From Bauldia sp. (GTDB taxonomy: Bacteria; Pseudomonadota; Alphaproteobacteria; Rhizobiales; Kaistiaceae): a stretch of 64,000 nt of DNA. Positions 20,431 through 30,743 of this stretch are shown piece by piece. Below the pieces are notes generated by a model. It was not told the origin of the DNA and ran no database searches. It worked only from the letters and a program-made list of their open reading frames with translations. The DNA lies in the NCBI GenBank assembly GCA_050184415.1, contig JBFXAJ010000009.1:7494-71493 (forward strand), given 5' to 3'. Position 1 is the first letter of the stretch. The number at the start of each line of letters is the position of its first letter. Both the position numbers and the translations under genes were made by a program.

Positions 20431-21504
20431 TCAGGCGTTCGCCCGGGTGGACTCGAACCCCGTCCGCAGGAATTCCGGATCGAGGTTGCGCCCGATGAAG
20501 ACGAGCTTCGACACCCGCGCCTCGTCGTCCCGCCACGGCCGCTGGTGGTCGCCCTCCACGATCATGTGGACGCCCTGGATGACGTAGCGCTCCTTGTCGC
20601 CTTCGAGGGCAAGGATGCCCTTGAGCCGGAGGATGTCGGGCCCTTGCGCCTGGGTGACGTCGCGGATCCAGGCGAAGAAGCGCTCCGGCTTCAGGTCGCC
20701 GGCGACCAGCGCCACGCTCTTCACCTCCGGGTCATGCCGGTCGTCGTCATGGTCGTGATCATGATCGTGGTGGTGGTCGTGATCGTGATGATGATGGTCA
20801 TGATCGTGGTCGTGATCATGGTCATGTTCGTGATGATGATGGTGGTGGTGATGATCCTCGACCAGGAATTCCGGGTCGAGGTTGAGGATGCGATCGAGGT
20901 CGAACGCGCCCCGGTCGAGGACGCGGTCGAGCGGGATCGCGCAGCGCTCGGTCCGGTGGATCACCGCATGCGGATTGATCTTGCGGATGATGCGCTCGAC
21001 CTGGGCGAGGTCGGTGGGAGAGACGAGATCGGCCTTGTTGAGGAGGATCACGTCGGCGAAGGCGATCTGCTCCTGCGCCTCCGGCGCGTCGAGGAGGCGC
21101 AGCAGGAGATGCTTGGCATCGGCAACCGTCACGATCGCGTCGAGCTTGGCGCGCTCGCGGATGTCGTCGTCCATGAAGAAGGTCTGCGCCACCGGGGCCG
21201 GGTCGGCGAGGCCGGTCGTCTCGACGAGGATGCCGTCGAAGCCGCCGGGCCGCTTCACGAGGCCCTCCACGGCGCGGACGAGGTCGCCGCGGACGGTGCA
21301 GCAGATGCACCCGTTGTTCATCTCGTAAATCTCCTCGTCGCTGTCGACGATGAGCTCATTGTCGATGCCGATCTCGCCGAACTCGTTGACGATGACCGCG
21401 TATTTCTTGCCGTGCTGCTCGGTCAGGATGCGGTTGAGGAGCGTGGTCTTGCCGGCGCCGAGATAGCCGGTGAGGACGGTGACGGGGATCTGGTCCTGGC
21501 TCAT
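20431..21504 (-). CDS. zigA: COG0523-family GTPase zinc metallochaperone with His-rich insert
   Basis: Start at [24 protein letters not shown] (P-loop). Has the CxCC motif (GCICCTV) and the insert [37 protein letters not shown]. The tracked 503-aa ORF is an upstream over-extension. Confidence 0.85.
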   Translation of the reverse strand: MSQDQIPVTVLTGYLGAGKTTLLNRILTEQHGKKYAVIVNEFGEIGIDNELIVDSDEEIYEMNNGCICCTVRGDLVRAVEGLVKRPGGFDGILVETTGLADPAPVAQTFFMDDDIRERAKLDAIVTVADAKHLLLRLLDAPEAQEQIAFADVILLNKADLVSPTDLAQVERIIRKINPHAVIHRTERCAIPLDRVLDRGAFDLDRILNLDPEFLVEDHHHHHHHHEHDHDHDHDHDHHHHDHDHHHDHDHDHDDDRHDPEVKSVALVAGDLKPERFFAWIRDVTQAQGPDILRLKGILALEGDKERYVIQGVHMIVEGDHQRPWRDDEARVSKLVFIGRNLDPEFLRTGFESTRANA

Positions 21505-21591
21505 GATGTGCCTGGTCTTCGGAAGGGAGGGAGGATGGTCGGCCGCTGATATAGGCGCTGAACGCCCGCTTTGCACCTCCCGGGCGGCCCT

Positions 21592-22176
21592 ATGGCGATC
21601 GCGGCGAAGCGGGTAGGGTCCGCGCCGCCGCAGAAGGGGCCGACCTTGAATCTCGAACATCTGGCGCAGCAGGCGATCGACTTCGTCGCCGACAATGCAG
21701 GCTGGGCCGCCCCGATCGTCTTCGTCCTCGCCTTCCTCGAATCGATCGTCTTCTTCTCGCTCTTCATCCCCGCCTGGGTCGCTCTGATCGGCATCGGCAC
21801 GCTGGTTGCCGCCGGCAGCCTCAGCTTCTGGCCGGTGTGGATCGGCGGTACCATCGGCGCCGCGCTCGGCGACTGGGTGTCCTACTGGATCGGCGTCAAG
21901 GTCGGGCCGGCGATCGGCAATCGCTGGCCGCTGTCGCGTCACCCCACTCTGATGCCCCGCGGGGAAGCCTTCATCCGGAAATGGGGACCCTACGGCATCT
22001 TCATCGGCCGCTTCTTCGGGCCCCTCCGGGCAGTGGTGCCGGTCATAGCCGGCATCTTCCGCATGCCGCTCCTTCAGTTCCAGATCGCGAATTTCGCGTC
22101 GGCCGCGGTGTGGTGCGCCGTGCTGATCTTCTTCGGCGACGTGGCGGGCCGGCTGATCGAATCGATCTGGGGCTAG
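21592..22176 (+). CDS. DedA-family membrane protein
   Basis: Conserved [22 protein letters not shown] and [16 protein letters not shown] motifs. The ATG at 21592 is preferred over the TTG at 21571, but the start is uncertain. Confidence 0.8.
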   Translation: MAIAAKRVGSAPPQKGPTLNLEHLAQQAIDFVADNAGWAAPIVFVLAFLESIVFFSLFIPAWVALIGIGTLVAAGSLSFWPVWIGGTIGAALGDWVSYWIGVKVGPAIGNRWPLSRHPTLMPRGEAFIRKWGPYGIFIGRFFGPLRAVVPVIAGIFRMPLLQFQIANFASAAVWCAVLIFFGDVAGRLIESIWG

Positions 22177-23888
22177 TGGAACAGCCCCGGGCCTAGCCGC
22201 TGCAGCAGCGCGTAGGCCTCGTCATAGGTCTTCGGCAGTTCGTCGGTCGGGAGGCCGAAGGTCTTCACGAGCAGACCCATCAGGGCCTGCCCCGGCGGAC
22301 TGAGGGGCGCCATACCAGCCGCCGGCGTGAACGGCCCGTTGGCCTCCGGGTTCGGCGGAACGTACGAGGGCGTTGTCTCCGGCCAGTCCGCGATCGCTCG
22401 CGGTTCCTTCAGGTTGATCGCGTTGCTGAGATCAGGTGCGCCGTCGTCGCGCGCGGTCAGTGGCGGGATGCCGAACTTGTTGCAAAGGGTGGCGATCGCG
22501 GCCGCATGGTGCATCGGGTCGTGGATGATCGAGCCGGCCTTGGTGTAGGCCGAGATCGCGATCGCCGGGACGCGCACGCCGAGACGGTCGAAGGCGAAGC
22601 CCATCTCGGTGTTGGTGAGCCCGGCGGGCGGGGTCGCGGCGGGCGGCACGACGTGGTCGTAGGTGCCGCCATGCTCGTCGAAGGTGACGAGGAAGAGTGT
22701 GTTGCTGGCGTTCGAGCCGGTCTCGGAGGCCGACAGGCGGATCGAGGTGTAGACCTCGTGCAGGAGCTTCTCGCCGGCGCGGACGTCCGAATTGCCGCCG
22801 ACATGCACCACGGCGCCGTCGGCCCCGGTGAAATCGAAGGTCGATACCGGTGGGTGCATATCGTTATGGTCGAAAAGGAGGCGCGGCTCGACGAAGGCGT
22901 AGGCCGGCAACGCGCCGGCTGCGCAGTCGGCGTGGAACTGCGCCATCGTCTTGAAGTGGGTCTTCCAGTAGGGCTGCAGGGCCGGGCCGTTGATGAGGCC
23001 GGTCAGCGAGACGACCTGGGTCTCGTCGAAATAGACGGCCCAGGTGATGCCCTTCTCCTCGAGCTTGTTGAAGATGGTCGGCGCGGCATTGGCCGCCGAC
23101 ATCCATTTCTCGTAACCGCCTGGCTCGCCGCTGTTGGTGACGAAGCCGGAGGATGTCGAGGCATTGAAGAAGGAGCGGTTGCAGAAAGTCTGCGACGGCA
23201 CCGCGCAGTGCCAGGAATCATAGACAGCAAAGCCGCGGGCCAGCGTGCTCGTCACCGGCAGCATCTCGCGGCTGAAGCCACCCATCACGACCGAGTATTC
23301 GTCGACAGTCGGCTGTCGGCCCTGGGTAGCGACGAAATTGTTGATGTAGTCCGTGACGAAGCCTTCCATCGTCGCTGCCGTGCCCGCGGCTGGCGCGTTG
23401 TACGGCGCCGTCATCGCCGTGAACTCGACATTGGCGTTGCCCGGCGGGTCGACGGTCCCGAAGAGCTGCGTGTTGACGTGCGGGTATTCTTCGCCCGGAT
23501 CGGGCGTCGGGCTGGCCATGATGACGTCGGTCGAGCCGGTATAGACATGCGCCGCGATCGGGCCGCTCGGGGACGGGTTCGAGAGGCCGGCGCCGGTCAC
23601 CCCGGCGAAGGTCTCCCCGCCGGGCAATTCTCCCGGCCGGTAAAGATCGCCGAGGAGGTTGTCGAAGGAGCGGTTCTCGAACATCAGCACCACAAGGTGC
23701 TGGAAAGCATCGAGACCTGCCGCGCCCGAGGCGGCGGCTGGAGTGGCCGGCGCGGCGGTCGCCGCACCGGCGGCCGCCGGCTGCGCGTTGGCGGCTCCGG
23801 CCAGCGGTGCCGCGGCAACCGCGGCCGCCGACAGCTTCAGGAAGTTGCGCCGGGACGCTTTGCCCGGCCCGTCGATCTCGTCCGTCAT
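22173..23888 (-). CDS. Tat-secreted phosphoesterase-family protein (phospholipase C / acid phosphatase AcpA-like)
   Basis: Start at [26 protein letters not shown] (twin-arginine signal). [19 protein letters not shown] motif of the phosphoesterase family. Confidence 0.8.
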   Translation of the reverse strand: MTDEIDGPGKASRRNFLKLSAAAVAAAPLAGAANAQPAAAGAATAAPATPAAASGAAGLDAFQHLVVLMFENRSFDNLLGDLYRPGELPGGETFAGVTGAGLSNPSPSGPIAAHVYTGSTDVIMASPTPDPGEEYPHVNTQLFGTVDPPGNANVEFTAMTAPYNAPAAGTAATMEGFVTDYINNFVATQGRQPTVDEYSVVMGGFSREMLPVTSTLARGFAVYDSWHCAVPSQTFCNRSFFNASTSSGFVTNSGEPGGYEKWMSAANAAPTIFNKLEEKGITWAVYFDETQVVSLTGLINGPALQPYWKTHFKTMAQFHADCAAGALPAYAFVEPRLLFDHNDMHPPVSTFDFTGADGAVVHVGGNSDVRAGEKLLHEVYTSIRLSASETGSNASNTLFLVTFDEHGGTYDHVVPPAATPPAGLTNTEMGFAFDRLGVRVPAIAISAYTKAGSIIHDPMHHAAAIATLCNKFGIPPLTARDDGAPDLSNAINLKEPRAIADWPETTPSYVPPNPEANGPFTPAAGMAPLSPPGQALMGLLVKTFGLPTDELPKTYDEAYALLQRLGPGLFH

Positions 23889-24071
23889 GGATGTGGCCCC
23901 AGCTAGGAGACGCCGAGAGCGTCTCGGGCGCCGCCCCCGGCGCCAGCAGAGGTCCACTATCGACCGGGCCGCATTCGTTGAAAAGCCGGATTGCTTGGTG
24001 CGCCAGCGTACCTTCGGCCAGGTGCCGAAGGCGCGCCACGTTCATGCCGTCGATGATGGTTAGCGCCCGCT

Positions 24072-25217
24072 CTACTGGCGGCGCCAGGTCAGGAAGGTCG
24101 ATGCCGCGAAGTTCCAGGCCGAGCCGACGATGGCGCCGGCAATCGCGGCGAGCCACCAGATCGGCTCCTGCGCAAACACGAGCTGCGACACGCCGACATT
24201 GGCAACCGCCCCGAGCGAGCAGACCAGGTAGAACGACAGGAGGCCGGTCAGGATTCGCCAGCCGCGGAGGCGGCGGTCGCGATAGGTGATTATGTTGTTG
24301 AGGAAGAAATTCCACGTCATCGCCGCCACGACCGCGCCGATCTGCGCCAGCGTGAAGGTGCGGACGTCGGCGGTGGTCGAAGCGCCGAGAAGGGCCGACA
24401 CGAGAAGGTGCACGACGACACCGGTGCCGCCGATCGCCATGAAGACGACGAAGCGGGTCGGCACCCAGCGGCCGACGAGCTTGTCGACGAGGAGGAGACC
24501 GAACTCCCAGGCGGCCATCGAATCCATCTTCGACTCGCCGTGCTGGCGCGCATGGAAGCGCACCGGCACCTCGGCGTAGCGCAGCGGCCGCTCCGACGAG
24601 GCGAAGATGTCGAGGAGGATCTTGAAGCCCTGGAGCGAGAGGTTGCGCATCGCGCCGTCGAAGGCGGAGCGGCGCATCACGAAGAACCCGCTCATCGGGT
24701 CGGTGAGGTCGGCCTTGAGGAGGCGCTGGGCGAGCTTGGTGCCGAGCCGGCTGATGAATCTCCGGCCGCCATTGGCGAGCCCGTCGGTGTTGCCGCCATC
24801 GACGTAGCGGCTGCCGACGACGACGTCGAGGTCGTCCGCGACCAGGAGCTCCACCATCGACTGCAGCTTCTCGTCGTCGTGCTGGAGGTCCGCGTCCATC
24901 ACCGCGAACATCGGCGCGGAGGACGACTGGATGCCTTCGACGCAGGCGCTCGAGAGGCCGCGGCGGCCGACGCGATGGATCAGCCGGACCCGCGAATCGC
25001 GCCGCGCCATGCCGCGGACGATTTCCGCCGTGCCGTCGGGCGAATCGTCATCGACGAAGACGACCTCCCAGGCGATCCGATCGAGCACGCGGTCGAGACG
25101 CTCGACAAGGAGGGGGACGTTCAGGGCCTCCTTGAAGGTCGGGACGACGATCGTGAGGTCCGGCGCCGCGACGACGCCTTCGATTCCGCGGGTTTCATGG
25201 CGGAGCGCGTCCACCAT
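24072..25217 (-). CDS. GT2 polyprenyl-phosphate glycosyltransferase fused to GtrA-like membrane domain
   Basis: N-terminal TIVVPTFKE...VVFVDDDSPDGT...AVMDADLQHD (Dpm1/ArnC-like). The C-terminal part of about 120 aa has four hydrophobic helices (GtrA-like). Confidence 0.8.
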   Translation of the reverse strand: MVDALRHETRGIEGVVAAPDLTIVVPTFKEALNVPLLVERLDRVLDRIAWEVVFVDDDSPDGTAEIVRGMARRDSRVRLIHRVGRRGLSSACVEGIQSSSAPMFAVMDADLQHDDEKLQSMVELLVADDLDVVVGSRYVDGGNTDGLANGGRRFISRLGTKLAQRLLKADLTDPMSGFFVMRRSAFDGAMRNLSLQGFKILLDIFASSERPLRYAEVPVRFHARQHGESKMDSMAAWEFGLLLVDKLVGRWVPTRFVVFMAIGGTGVVVHLLVSALLGASTTADVRTFTLAQIGAVVAAMTWNFFLNNIITYRDRRLRGWRILTGLLSFYLVCSLGAVANVGVSQLVFAQEPIWWLAAIAGAIVGSAWNFAASTFLTWRRQ

Positions 25218-25395
25218 CAGCGCCTCACACGAGGGGGCGGCGGGGTGCCGGTCGCGCTGGGGTGAAGCATGAAGAAACCGCTCATTTCGGTCGTAAGCGG
25301 TACATAAACCAAGCTAACAAACCCTGATAGGGCACGGAGGCCACACTTGTGGCTGTTCCGACCATCCGTGCCGCCCCAGCTTCGATGGAACGGGA

Positions 25396-26994
25396 ATGGC
25401 CTCCCCAACCACCAATGCGATTCCCGCGCCCACCGTTGCCACAGACGAAGCGCCGGCGCGGATCGTGCAGGCTGCCTTCTGGCTGACGGCAACCCTCCTC
25501 CTCGTCCGGCTGGTCCTCGCCGGCCAGTTCGACCTGTTCTTCGACGAAGCCTATTACTGGCTGTGGTCGACGCATCTCCAGCCGAGCTACTACGACCACC
25601 CCGGCATGGTCGCCTACTTCATGGCGGCCGGCACCGCCCTCTTCGGCGATACCGAGTTCGGCGTGCGCGTTGTCGGCATCCTGTCGGGTGCGGTCGATGC
25701 CGTCCTGATCTTCGCCATCACCGCCCGGATCTTCGGAAGCCGCCGCGCCGCGGCGTGGGCGATGATCTTCATGAACGTCAACACGGTCTCGGCCCTGTCG
25801 GTGGTCATGCTGCCCGACCAACCGATGATCCTCTTCTGGCTGTTGTCGCTCTACGGGATGGCGCGGCTTGCCACCGGGGGCCACGGCGCCTGGTGGCTTC
25901 TGGTCGGCTTCGCCGGCGGCCTCGCGGCGGATGCCAAACTGACGACGCTGGTCCTCGCCCTTGCCGTTCCGCTGTGGCTCGTCCTCGTGCCCGCGATGCG
26001 CCGCGCCTTCCGGACGCCGTGGCTCTATGCGGGCGCGGCGGCGGCGGTGATCGCCGTGCTGCCCGTAGCGCTCTGGAACGCCGAGAATGATTGGATCACG
26101 GTCACCTTCCAGTTCAACCGCGAGGGTTTCGGCTTCGCCGAGGCCCGTGTCGACGGTTTCATCCAGTACCTGACGCTGTTCCCGCTGATGGCGACGCCGC
26201 CGATCTTCATCCTGTCGGTGATAGGCTATTGCCTGATCGGCGGGAGGGGGTGGCGCCTTGAGCCGGGCCGTGCGCTGCTTCTGCTGACGCCGCTGCCGCT
26301 CGGCCTCTATTTCGCGTGGCACTCCTTCGGGGAGTGGGTCGGGACGCACTGGATCGCGCCGCTGGTCGTGCTGTTGACGATCCCTGCCGGCTACGCGGCA
26401 GCCTTTCTGAGGCCGGGCTTCTGGGGCCGGACCGCGCGGGTCAGCCGGGCGATCGCCGCGCCGTTCGGCCTCGGCCTCACGTCGATCTTCTATTTCGCGG
26501 TCGCCGAGAGCTTTCTACAGGTTCCGCTCCGCTGGGACGCGACGGAGCGTTTCCGGGGCTATGCAGAATTCGCCGCCGATGCGGAGGCGCAGCGGGCGGA
26601 GCATGGCGCCGCCTACATCCTCGCGCCGGACTACTCGACGCCGGCCTACTTGCGCTTCTATCTCGGCCGCGACGAGCCGGCCTACCACCTGCGCGATTCG
26701 GCGCGGTGGACCTATTTCGGCGGACCGGGGCAGCCGCCGGCCGAACTTGCGGGCGCGGCCGGCCTCTATATCGGCCGCCTCAGCGCGGACATCGAGGAGA
26801 GACGGATCGGTCGCTACTTCGACAGCATCGTGCGCGTCGACGATACCGTGCGGCTGATCCGGCCCGGTGTCGTGATCGAATACCCGACCTGGCTCGTCAG
26901 CGACCCGAGGCGTGATGTCGACGAGCTGTTCGCCCCGGCGGTGATGCAGGAGCCGGCGGAGGGAGGGCCTCCCGCCGCCGGCGAAGGCGGTTAG
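25396..26994 (+). CDS. ArnT/PMT-like (GT39/GT83) membrane glycosyltransferase
   Basis: 532 aa, polytopic. N-terminal FDEAYYWLWSTHLQPSYYDHPGMVAYF motif typical of 4-amino-arabinose / dolichyl-phosphate-mannose type transferases. Confidence 0.75.
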   Translation: MASPTTNAIPAPTVATDEAPARIVQAAFWLTATLLLVRLVLAGQFDLFFDEAYYWLWSTHLQPSYYDHPGMVAYFMAAGTALFGDTEFGVRVVGILSGAVDAVLIFAITARIFGSRRAAAWAMIFMNVNTVSALSVVMLPDQPMILFWLLSLYGMARLATGGHGAWWLLVGFAGGLAADAKLTTLVLALAVPLWLVLVPAMRRAFRTPWLYAGAAAAVIAVLPVALWNAENDWITVTFQFNREGFGFAEARVDGFIQYLTLFPLMATPPIFILSVIGYCLIGGRGWRLEPGRALLLLTPLPLGLYFAWHSFGEWVGTHWIAPLVVLLTIPAGYAAAFLRPGFWGRTARVSRAIAAPFGLGLTSIFYFAVAESFLQVPLRWDATERFRGYAEFAADAEAQRAEHGAAYILAPDYSTPAYLRFYLGRDEPAYHLRDSARWTYFGGPGQPPAELAGAAGLYIGRLSADIEERRIGRYFDSIVRVDDTVRLIRPGVVIEYPTWLVSDPRRDVDELFAPAVMQEPAEGGPPAAGEGG

Positions 26995-27605
26995 CCGAGG
27001 CGGCCGCTTCGGCGGAACAGGGCCCAGCCGGCCGGGATCAGACAGGCGGCGAGGGCGATCTTCACCGCGTCGCCGAGGAGGAAGGGCTGCACGCCATTGG
27101 CCCACGCCGCGGCGGCGCCGATGCCGTTGCCGCTCGCGACCGAGGCGAAGAAGCCGAGCCAGACGAAGCCCATGACGAAAAGGACGGCGTCGCCCAGCAG
27201 CATCGCCGCGCCGAGCTTGACCGGCGAACGGTCCCAGCCGCGATCAGCCGCGAGGCCGGCGATCAGGGCCGCCGGGATGTAGCCCCAGATGAAGCCGGCC
27301 GTGGTGCCGATCATGTAGGCGGGACCGGCGCCGGCGCCGGAGAAGACCGGGACGCCGGCCATGCCGACCGCGATATAGGCAACGATCGTCGCGACGCCGA
27401 GGCGGGCGCCATAGGCGGCGCCGATGGCCAGCACCGCGAATGTCGCCATCGTCATCGGCACGGGCCAGAACGGCACCTGCACCTTGGCCGACAGCGTCAA
27501 CAGGCCGACACCGACCGCGACCAGAAGCACGGCGCGGAGGGCGGGGTTGAGGGAGGCGGGCAGAAGGGCCGGAGCAAGCGCCGAGCCGGACATCTCATTG
27601 CGCAT
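26991..27605 (-). CDS. bioY: Biotin transporter BioY
   Basis: 204 aa. VQVPFWPVPMTMATFAVLAIGAAYG...GFIWGYIPAALIAG pattern of the BioY S-component. Confidence 0.85.
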   Translation of the reverse strand: MRNEMSGSALAPALLPASLNPALRAVLLVAVGVGLLTLSAKVQVPFWPVPMTMATFAVLAIGAAYGARLGVATIVAYIAVGMAGVPVFSGAGAGPAYMIGTTAGFIWGYIPAALIAGLAADRGWDRSPVKLGAAMLLGDAVLFVMGFVWLGFFASVASGNGIGAAAAWANGVQPFLLGDAVKIALAACLIPAGWALFRRSGRLG

Positions 27606-27814
27606 CGATCGTTGGTTTCCCTGGTTGGAATGACGGACGGCGCCGACGCTTATGGGCTTTGTCTGATGGCGGCAAGGATTGTCGCACGCGGATCAGGCCT
27701 CAGCGCGTAGCATAGCAGAGCGTCGCCGTGCGCGCCTCGCTGGACATTGCTTAAGTGAAAGATTAAGTGTGACTCTATGAGCATCGCGCGCCGGCGAGCG
27801 ACAGGAGGAGAACG

Positions 27815-28240
27815 ATGGCCGAACTCAATCCCTACCTCAATTTCGACGGCACGGCCCGTCAGGCGATGGAATCCTACCGCGATGTCTTCGGCGGGGACCT
27901 CGCCATCCAGACCTTCGGCGATGCCGGCCAGGCGGACGACCCGAAGAACGCGGACCGCGTCATGCATGCCGTGCTCAAGTCAGGGCCTTTGACCCTCATG
28001 GCGTCCGACACGCGCCCGGGCGAAGCGGCGACACCCGGCGACAACACCTGGCTCAACGTCAATTGCGATAGCGAGGCCGACATCGATCGCTTCTTCTCGG
28101 CGCTGGCCGCGGGTGGCAAGACCGTGATGGAGCTTCAGAACACATTCTGGGGCGCGCGGTTCGGAATGCTCACCGACCGCTACGGCATCAACTGGATGTT
28201 CAACTTCCAGAAGGAAGGACCGGCCTTCGGCTCAGGCTAG
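27815..28240 (+). CDS. VOC-family protein (PhnB/YjdN-like)
   Basis: 141 aa. MAELNPYLNFDGTARQAMESYRDVFGG...FWGARFGMLTDRYGINWMFN pattern. Strong SD aggagga upstream. Confidence 0.75.
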   Translation: MAELNPYLNFDGTARQAMESYRDVFGGDLAIQTFGDAGQADDPKNADRVMHAVLKSGPLTLMASDTRPGEAATPGDNTWLNVNCDSEADIDRFFSALAAGGKTVMELQNTFWGARFGMLTDRYGINWMFNFQKEGPAFGSG

Positions 28241-28243
28241 CGG

Positions 28244-28633
28244 TTAGACGGCCGTGGCCGATGCCAGCCAGGGAAGCGCGATCGGCGAGGCCACGAATGT
28301 CGTGCCGTTCCGGTCCTGCTTCCAGGCCAGCATCACCTTCGATTCACCATCCAGCATTGGCAGCGCCGACACGAACGGTCCGCCTTCGCCGCGCCGGATA
28401 TCGCCGTCCCAGCCGGCCCGACGACCGGCAGCGAACGCCCGCTCCCTGAAGGGTAGATAGTTCAGAGCCCATGCCCGCTTCGCATGAAGGTCGCCGAGCT
28501 CGCGGCCGAGGCTCTCGAGATACTGCTCCTCGGTGAGCCAGCCATGCCACAAGTCGACCGGAGCGACTGTGTAGATGATGACGGACGGCCTGACGGCCGC
28601 TCGCGCCGGCGCGGGGCGGACGAACGTGTTCAT
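28244..28633 (-). CDS. Hypothetical protein (no recognisable family)
   Basis: 129-aa ORF with protein-like composition (Trp/Tyr-containing, mixed charge). No motif recognised. Confidence 0.5.
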   Translation of the reverse strand: MNTFVRPAPARAAVRPSVIIYTVAPVDLWHGWLTEEQYLESLGRELGDLHAKRAWALNYLPFRERAFAAGRRAGWDGDIRRGEGGPFVSALPMLDGESKVMLAWKQDRNGTTFVASPIALPWLASATAV

Positions 28634-29169
28634 GTCCTATCGGGGCAGGTTCAGCACCGCGGCGGCAACCCGGTACAACCCGCAGGGTGCCTCAACGACA
28701 GAAGGCGTCGCCCGGGTCGCCCCAGCCGACGCCTCCCTGTCAGTTCGTCACCGGCATCGCCAAGCTTTCGCAAGCGTCGCCAGATCGGATCTGATGCGGA
28801 CAAGAACTCGCCATTGCTGGCCGGTCCTTGTGCCGCCCGGCATAGAGGCCGCGACCGAGGCCGCCGCGCTCTTGCCAGTCCATCGAACGGTTTCACCGCC
28901 GTTCATGGCAGCACCGGCCCGGTTCCGGGAGCGTCGCGCGCATTGCTGCGGCATCGCAACCCTAACCGGTTTCCGTGGGGCACTCCGGACGCTCCGTCTT
29001 GCGACGAAACCTCCGGCGCGGTCCGCGGCGGGCCATCTCGGACGTCCGACCTTGCCCCGGTCGAACTCGATTGCCCTTGCGGTAGGGAGAGGTTCGCGCC
29101 GTTTCGGTCCGGCGTGAAGGGGGAATCGTGGGGAAATGTGACGGCTTTGGGATCAGCGTGAACACTGGG

Positions 29170-29201
29170 GATAAGACAGCAGGCGCCTCAAATCCGGCGC
29201 C
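29170..29201 (-). terminator. Probable terminator downstream of hss
   Basis: Stem aggcgcc / ggcgcct with an 8-nt loop. Reverse-strand trailer gctgtcttatcc. Confidence 0.45.
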
Positions 29202-29224
29202 TTGCCGTGCTTCTCCACCCGCGC

Positions 29225-30664
29225 TCAGTGCACCAGCACGTTCCGGAACTGCCACGGGTCGGACGCGTCGATGTCCTCCGGGAAGAATCCCGGCCGGTTC
29301 GTCAGCGGCGTCCAGTCCGTGTAGTAGCCGTTGACCGGCCCGAGATAGGGCATCTGCACCTCCAGGCACCGCCGGTAATCCATCTCGTCGGCTTCGACGA
29401 TGCCAGCATTCGGGTGCTCGAGCGCCCAGACCATTCCCGCCAGCACCGCCGACGACACCTGAAGGCCGGTGGCGTTCTGGTAGAGCGCGATCTCGCGGGT
29501 TTCCTCTACCGAGAGCTGCGAGCCGTACCAGTAGGCGTTCCTGGCGTGGCCATAGAGGAGGACGCCGAGCTCGTCGATGCCGTCCTCGATCTCGTGCTCG
29601 TCGAGGATGTGCTCCTCGGGCTGCCGTTCGCCGGCTTTGCCAAACAGCTCGTGCAGCGACAGCACCGCGTCGTCTGACGGATGGTAGGCGTAGTGACAGG
29701 TCGGGCGGTAGACGACCTCGCCGCCCTCGATCACGCTGAAGAAATCCGGGATCGACAGCGCCTCATTGTGGGTGACGAGGAAGCCGTATTGGGCGCCCGG
29801 TGTCGGGCACCAGGAGCGGACGCGGGTGTTCGCGCCGGGCTGCAGCAGGTAGATGCCGATCTTGTTGCCGATGGTGTGGCGGAAGCCGTTCTCGGGCATC
29901 CAGGTCTCGTGCGTGCCGTAGCCGAGCTCGGCGGGCTGCATCCCCTCGGAGACGAAGCCTTCCACCGACCAGGTGTTGACGAAGACGTTGCGCGGCTTCG
30001 GATGCTTGGCGCGTTGCGTGTCGCGCTCGGCGATGTGGATGCCCTTGACGCCGAGGTCTCGCATCAGCCGCGCCCAGCCCTCGCGGTCGTCCTGCCCCGG
30101 ATCCGTGAAGGCATGGCCGATATCCTGCGCAAGGTTCACCAGCGCCTGCTTGACGAACCACGACACCATGCCCGGATTGGCGCCGCAGGTTGAGACGGCG
30201 GTCGGGCCGCCGGGGCTCCGGGCCTTCTCGTCCCGTACCGTCTGGCGCAACGAATGGTTCGTGCGGCTCTCGGGGCTCAGCGACTTGTCGAAATAGAAAC
30301 CCGGCCACGGCTCCACGACAGTGTCGATGTAGAGCGCGCCGATCTCGCGGCAAAGCTTCATGATGTCGAGCGAGGATGTCTCGACCGACAGGTTGACGCA
30401 GAAGCCTTGGCCCTCGCCTTCCGTGAGAAGGCCGGTCAGCAGCTCGCGATGATTCTCGCGGGTCACCGCCTGATGCAGGAAGCGGGCGCCATGGCGCTCG
30501 GCGATCGCGCGGTCGGCGTCCACGGGGTCGATCACCACCAGACGCGAGCGGTCGAAGTCGAAGTGGCGCTCGATCAGCGGCAGCGTGCCTTTCCCGATCG
30601 AACCGAACCCGATCATAACAATCGGTCCGGTGATGCGTCCGTGCTTCGGCCATTCGGTCATCAT
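29225..30664 (-). CDS. hss: Homospermidine synthase
   Basis: 479 aa. N-terminal NAD-binding IVMIGFGSIGKGTLPLIERHF. Length and sequence character match bacterial HSS (saccharopine-dehydrogenase-like fold). Confidence 0.85.
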   Translation of the reverse strand: MMTEWPKHGRITGPIVMIGFGSIGKGTLPLIERHFDFDRSRLVVIDPVDADRAIAERHGARFLHQAVTRENHRELLTGLLTEGEGQGFCVNLSVETSSLDIMKLCREIGALYIDTVVEPWPGFYFDKSLSPESRTNHSLRQTVRDEKARSPGGPTAVSTCGANPGMVSWFVKQALVNLAQDIGHAFTDPGQDDREGWARLMRDLGVKGIHIAERDTQRAKHPKPRNVFVNTWSVEGFVSEGMQPAELGYGTHETWMPENGFRHTIGNKIGIYLLQPGANTRVRSWCPTPGAQYGFLVTHNEALSIPDFFSVIEGGEVVYRPTCHYAYHPSDDAVLSLHELFGKAGERQPEEHILDEHEIEDGIDELGVLLYGHARNAYWYGSQLSVEETREIALYQNATGLQVSSAVLAGMVWALEHPNAGIVEADEMDYRRCLEVQMPYLGPVNGYYTDWTPLTNRPGFFPEDIDASDPWQFRNVLVH

Positions 30665-30743
30665 GCAATCCTTGCTGGTGTGGAAATTCGGCGGCGAATT
30701 GAAGCGACCGCGGGCCGGGAATCAAGCCTGCGCGGCGGCGGAG

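Noticed and set aside
21505-21591. Zur box between zigA and the DedA gene
   Set aside because: No AT-rich palindrome is present in the 87-bp divergent region, so zinc regulation cannot be supported from sequence.
27751-27769. TTAAGTG-N5-TTAAGTG direct repeat considered as a second CtrA box
   Set aside because: The spacing between the TTAA cores is 8 nt, not 7. It may still be a promoter element for the VOC-family gene, but it does not fit the CtrA consensus.
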